Assembly (NCBI GenBank): GCA_029717555.1
Contig: JAMDHS010000034.1
Span: 62,001-126,000 of the forward strand
Origin: Peribolospora baueri
Lineage: Eukaryota
Direction: 5' to 3'
Length of the DNA stretch: 64,000 nucleotides
In this document: positions 59,727 through 64,000 of the stretch, piece by piece
Numbering within the stretch: the stretch's first letter is position 1
Layout of the letters: each line of letters begins with the position of its first letter
Translations under genes and position numbers: made by a program
The notes under the pieces: model-generated
Database searches by the model: none
What the model saw: only the letters and a program-made list of their open reading frames with translations
Told to the model about the DNA's origin: nothing

Positions 59727-62700
59727 TCACCCAGAGACCGAGCCCGACAGTGGGAGGGCGGCAACGACGAGGGACCGTCGGAGACGATGGCCGACGACGC
59801 AAATCTCGCTCCACCCACGCTTGCGCGCCAGCTCTGCCGCCCCGTTTCGCGTCGACACGCTCAACAGCCTTCCGTCGCACGCCGCTCCGGCCGGAAGCAT
59901 CACGTCGGCGGCGGCGACCGCGACGGAGGAGGACGCTTGTGCATCCGCGAGGGCAAGCGCGACCGCCTCCTTCAAGTGAGCCTGAAGACGAGGGGAAGGG
60001 AAAAAAAAAAAGAAAAAAAAACCGGATCAGAGCTCGTGCACGCTGGTGTAGGCAGGATGGGCGGACGACCGCTCACCGTTTCCATCTCTTCACCCTTCTC
60101 CGTCGACTCCTCCGGCAAGGCGATCCGGAGCACGACGGCGCCGTCGGCCAAGACGCAAGGTCGCTCCGCACGCCTCGGCTTGCCCTTCGACTCTGCCGAC
60201 GCCGACGACGGTCGAATGAGCCAAGTGGCCGACGGGCCGTGCCCGATCTTCTTTGCCCTCGCCGTCGGGTCTAGCAGCACGGCGTGCTCCATGGCCGGCT
60301 CAAACGGCGGCGACTTTTTAATCTTCACCAGGTCGCCGTGAAGGAGCATCCTCTGCAACGCCGTCGTCGACGCGTGCGCCCTCCGCGCGTTCGCCGTCAC
60401 GTACCCCTCGTACCTCATCTCGTCCATCGCCGAGAAGAGGGCGCCGGGATAGACCAAGCACAACTCGGCTCCCGCTTGCCCGAATCCGAACGAAGTGAGA
60501 AGGCATGCCTTTGGCTGGCTCCTCAGTCGAATCGACTGCGACGGGTAAACGAGGTGCTCGAACTGTTGCAACTTTCCGTCGACGTTGTCCAGATTACGGT
60601 TGCCAGGAATGATACCACTCTGCATCGCTTGCAAGGCACCGTTGATCATGCTGTCCCGCCCGCGCCGACATGAGCAAAACGTTTCAACTGTCTTGATCTC
60701 TTTCCACCTCCGCCCCAATAACACTCACAATGCGCATGCCGCGCCCTTGGCGTGACCCGTCAGGTACTTTTGAGCAATCACCAGCGCCGCATTGCCAGGA
60801 GAGCGGCCAAGGTGTTTCAACGCCGTGTTGTGCACGTTACTACACCGAGCGCAGACCGTCCGGGTATCAGTAAGGAAAAATGCGGATGGATCCCGTAACG
60901 GCACACACCTTTCACTCGTATCGTTGGCGCTCGTCGAAGTGCCGTGGAAAGACAGGAAAGCAATGTCGTCGACACCCAAGCCAAAGACGGCCAAGCTGTG
61001 GCGCAGTGGACTGATGTGCACCGGGTCGAGCCTGTCCAGCATTCCGTGAGTCGACAGCAGTAGTTGCTCCTTACGCCGAGCCTCCTTGAAAATGCTCGAG
61101 ACCCGGTCTTGCCATTCATCATCGACGTCGCCGGCGCCTCTCAGTTCATCGAGTCTCCAGGTTAGCCACTGTGGGAACGGCGATACGACGTGAGCATTCG
61201 ATGACCCAAGGCGAGTCCCAGCAGCCAGCCAAATTTGGCACCGCGCTCACCTGCTTGATCTGCGAGCGGCCAAAGTCCAGCTCACGCTTGCGGTCCTCCA
61301 GAGACAATCGGTCAAGAGCCGACGGGTCGCCGTGGATTTCCCGCGCGGTCGAAAGAATGCCGTGGCCCGGTGCCGGAATGGAGAAACCTTGCTTGTCATG
61401 AGCAGATGCCGCCATAGCTACGATGCCGTAGATGGGCAAGCCCATAGCGATGGCCACGTCGGCACGAGCCAGGATTTGCGTGCCGCCACCCTGCGACTCG
61501 GTGAACCCCGCTCGGGTGCTCGACATGGGCCTACACGCCTGCGACGGCGGCCTGCCTCTTGCCATGTCAGCTTCGTTGTCCAGCGTTGCCGCCATGTTGG
61601 CGAATTCGGCGCTGCTCTCCTCCGTCAAGTCGTCGTAGCCGCCGCAAACCATGATCTTGGCTTGGTCGTTCAGGATGGCTGAACGCGCTACAGCGATCGA
61701 CACGGCTGCAGTGGCACACGCTGCCGTAGGCGTTATGACGGGCCCGCTGCAGGACAGGAGCAAGAGCTGCACCCAAGCGCCCATGGTGTTGATGAACGTC
61801 TCTTGCAGGACTGTAGAGAGGAAGAAGAGCGTCCAAGGCAGGAGAGGGGTGAGCATAAGGTTAACTACGCCCCCCAAGCGAGCCTCGCCTGCCTTCGGCT
61901 ACTCACTGTCATTTTGAACCGGCATGCCGAGACGGCGATCCCGGTACATCTTCTCCATCGACATCAAGCCGCCCATCGCGCTTCCAATGGCATTTCCGAC
62001 CTCGGTGGGATGGACGTACTTGTAAAGTTCGTACGGATCCTGAATGCCGGCACTGGCGAACGCGTCCGCTGTCGCGGTGAGGGCCCAGACCCCGCAACGG
62101 TCCATCGATTCCACATTGGCCTCTGGAACACCGAGTCGGCGCGCGTCCCAGCCCGTGGGAATGAGGCCGCCGACGAAACGACTCCAAGGTCCAGCCTTGG
62201 AGACAAGTACCTCGGCCCCTTCTCGGAGCTGCACAAACTTCGTGCCGCCCTCTTCGAAGATGTCCACCTTATCGCCGTACTTCGCAAGTATCGAGGCCGC
62301 GTCGTCCGCCGTAACTTCGACGCGTTCCATCTTGCCGCACAAAGCCACTGCAACACGGTGGAGGGTGGGGTGAGACAGCAAACGAAAGAGCTTGGCTTCA
62401 AACGTACATCTGCTGCTTACCTTGATGGAACATCTCCTTCTTCTCAGGATCGTAGCCTCGAAGAAGGCCAGGCTCGAGCTTGCGAATGCCGCAACGTTCC
62501 TTGATGGCCTCGCCGAACCGTTTGCCAACGTCTGCGTCGGCGATCGGCTTTCCTGATTCGCGCTCGACCCAGCCTACGTAGTCGGTACCGTCAGCCAGAC
62601 GATCGTGGCAGAAGCGAATGTGACCCATCAGGAAGGCGAGCTCGATGTAGCCCTCCATGGAGAAGTCTCCCGAGCTTTCCATCTCCCAGCGTGTGCGCGC

Positions 62701-64000
62701 AGAGCCCCAGGGGCCAATCTCGGAGTATCCAACGACGACCACCGTCTTTTGCAGATCGACGACGCCTTGAAGATCATGGGCGATGGATCCGTATGCTGGC
62801 AAGCGCGGGAAATGATGGTTGAAGTAGCTCCTGGCACGTAGACGACGATCGAATATGGCCGCTTGCGACAGCTCTTTCCCGTCGTTCGAAAGGTCTGCTT
62901 CGTCGAGCCAGATGGCTCGCTTGCGTGCAGCCTGGTCGTTTATGCTTTGGCGCAGCGATTTCAATCGGGGGCCCAGGTTGGCGATCGTGTCCATGTTCCC
63001 GCCAAAGTCTGCCCAGACAGGCTCGCGCTTGGTCATGTCGACAACTGCAGGGTGGAACAGACCGAGAAGATTGAAGGCCATTTCCTTGCACGAAAAGGTC
63101 CGGACTCCGTCTTGCATGTTTTCGAACCCAGCGGCGGTGATATTAGTCGCGCTCATCAAGCCGGTGCCTCTCGTCCACCTGGCAAACAAAGGTTAAACGC
63201 CAGAGATAATAGAAGGAGGGCATGAGTGTGGGACAGACGCATATTGCTCGATACGATGTAGCGAAAAAACAAATCCGCACCCAATCACAACTCCGACAAG
63301 CGAAAGGTAGTCTTTCCAACCTTCGCTTTGCCACTTGGACAGCAGCGCCTCCAATCCCAGCTTCGACTCTGCATAGAGCCCGTCTCCGCCAAAGACTCCG
63401 TGGTTCGGTGACAAGGGCAAAAGGACCTGAGCCGGTCGAGTCGTGGAGCCGAGCCTAGCTTTGCACGAAAGCACAGCGCCAAGCAGGCGGACGACGTTCG
63501 TCAACATTGCTCGATGAGCCACTTCGCTCTTATCGTCGATGCCCTCGATTTCGCGACCGTTTTCTGGTATGGCCGCAAATGGAATGACACAGTCCTGGGT
63601 CGAAGGTGACAACAAGAGGCACCTGTCAGTGGGTCGCATTAGGTTGACAAGCAACGACGAGACTGCCTCACTAGGTCGAGGGCTAGCCCTTCCGCAGAAT
63701 AGATCCAGTCAACCAACGCTTGCACGTCCCGTTTCGAGGCTTGGTTGAAGGGCGCTATGACGAGCCTTGACCCTTTCGATCCGTATTGTTTGAACAGGCC
63801 CTCGTAGTAGGATACGCTCTTGGGAGAGTACGACGACGTGGTAACGATGACTTGCGCGCCGGCGCCTAGCAACGGCTTGAGCAGTTCGCTGCCGATGGAG
63901 TTTTGTCCTGCACCGGTAATCAAGATATTTTGATGCTGAAGGCTGATGCCACTCAATGCGATCTCTGCCATGCCCCTGAAGAAGAGCTTGGTCAGTTTGG
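59727..64000 (-). CDS. Fungal type I fatty acid synthase, alpha-type portion (KR-KS-degenerate PPT); 5' end lies beyond the window
   Basis: [71 protein letters not shown] (active Cys), [27 protein letters not shown]. The last exon retains only KEAV of the PPTase. Confidence 0.95.

Overview
GC-rich, intron-rich fungal genomic DNA with many microsatellites, most consistent with a basidiomycete yeast; the ITS2-like remnant suggests Tremellomycetes, which is inference only. Gene models were built by hand by joining exons across GT-AG introns. In order they are: a secreted, membrane-anchored GH105/GH88-type glycosidase; a ~3 kb degenerate stretch holding an orphan 5.8S-ITS2-28S rDNA remnant and a lone oxidoreductase exon; a Cys-rich surface protein; a divergent FET3/FTR1 iron-uptake pair with ATCWGATAA sites; CFIm25; a WetA-like protein; EAF3; a fusion of two Cys-less DJ-1/PfpI-like domains with a SMI1/KNR4 (SUKH) protein; an orphan low-complexity ORF; SFP1; an MGRN1-like RING ligase; a SAM methyltransferase; a TMEM184/OSTalpha protein; a small ORF; a FlbC-like C2H2 factor; and the 3' part of an atypical fatty acid synthase (KR-KS with a decayed PPTase, and Ala at the yeast G1250 position). 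The strongest leads are the DJ-1-DJ-1-SUKH fusion, the probable secondary short-chain FAS and the dispersed rDNA relic. No database searches were run; family calls rest on recalled motifs.
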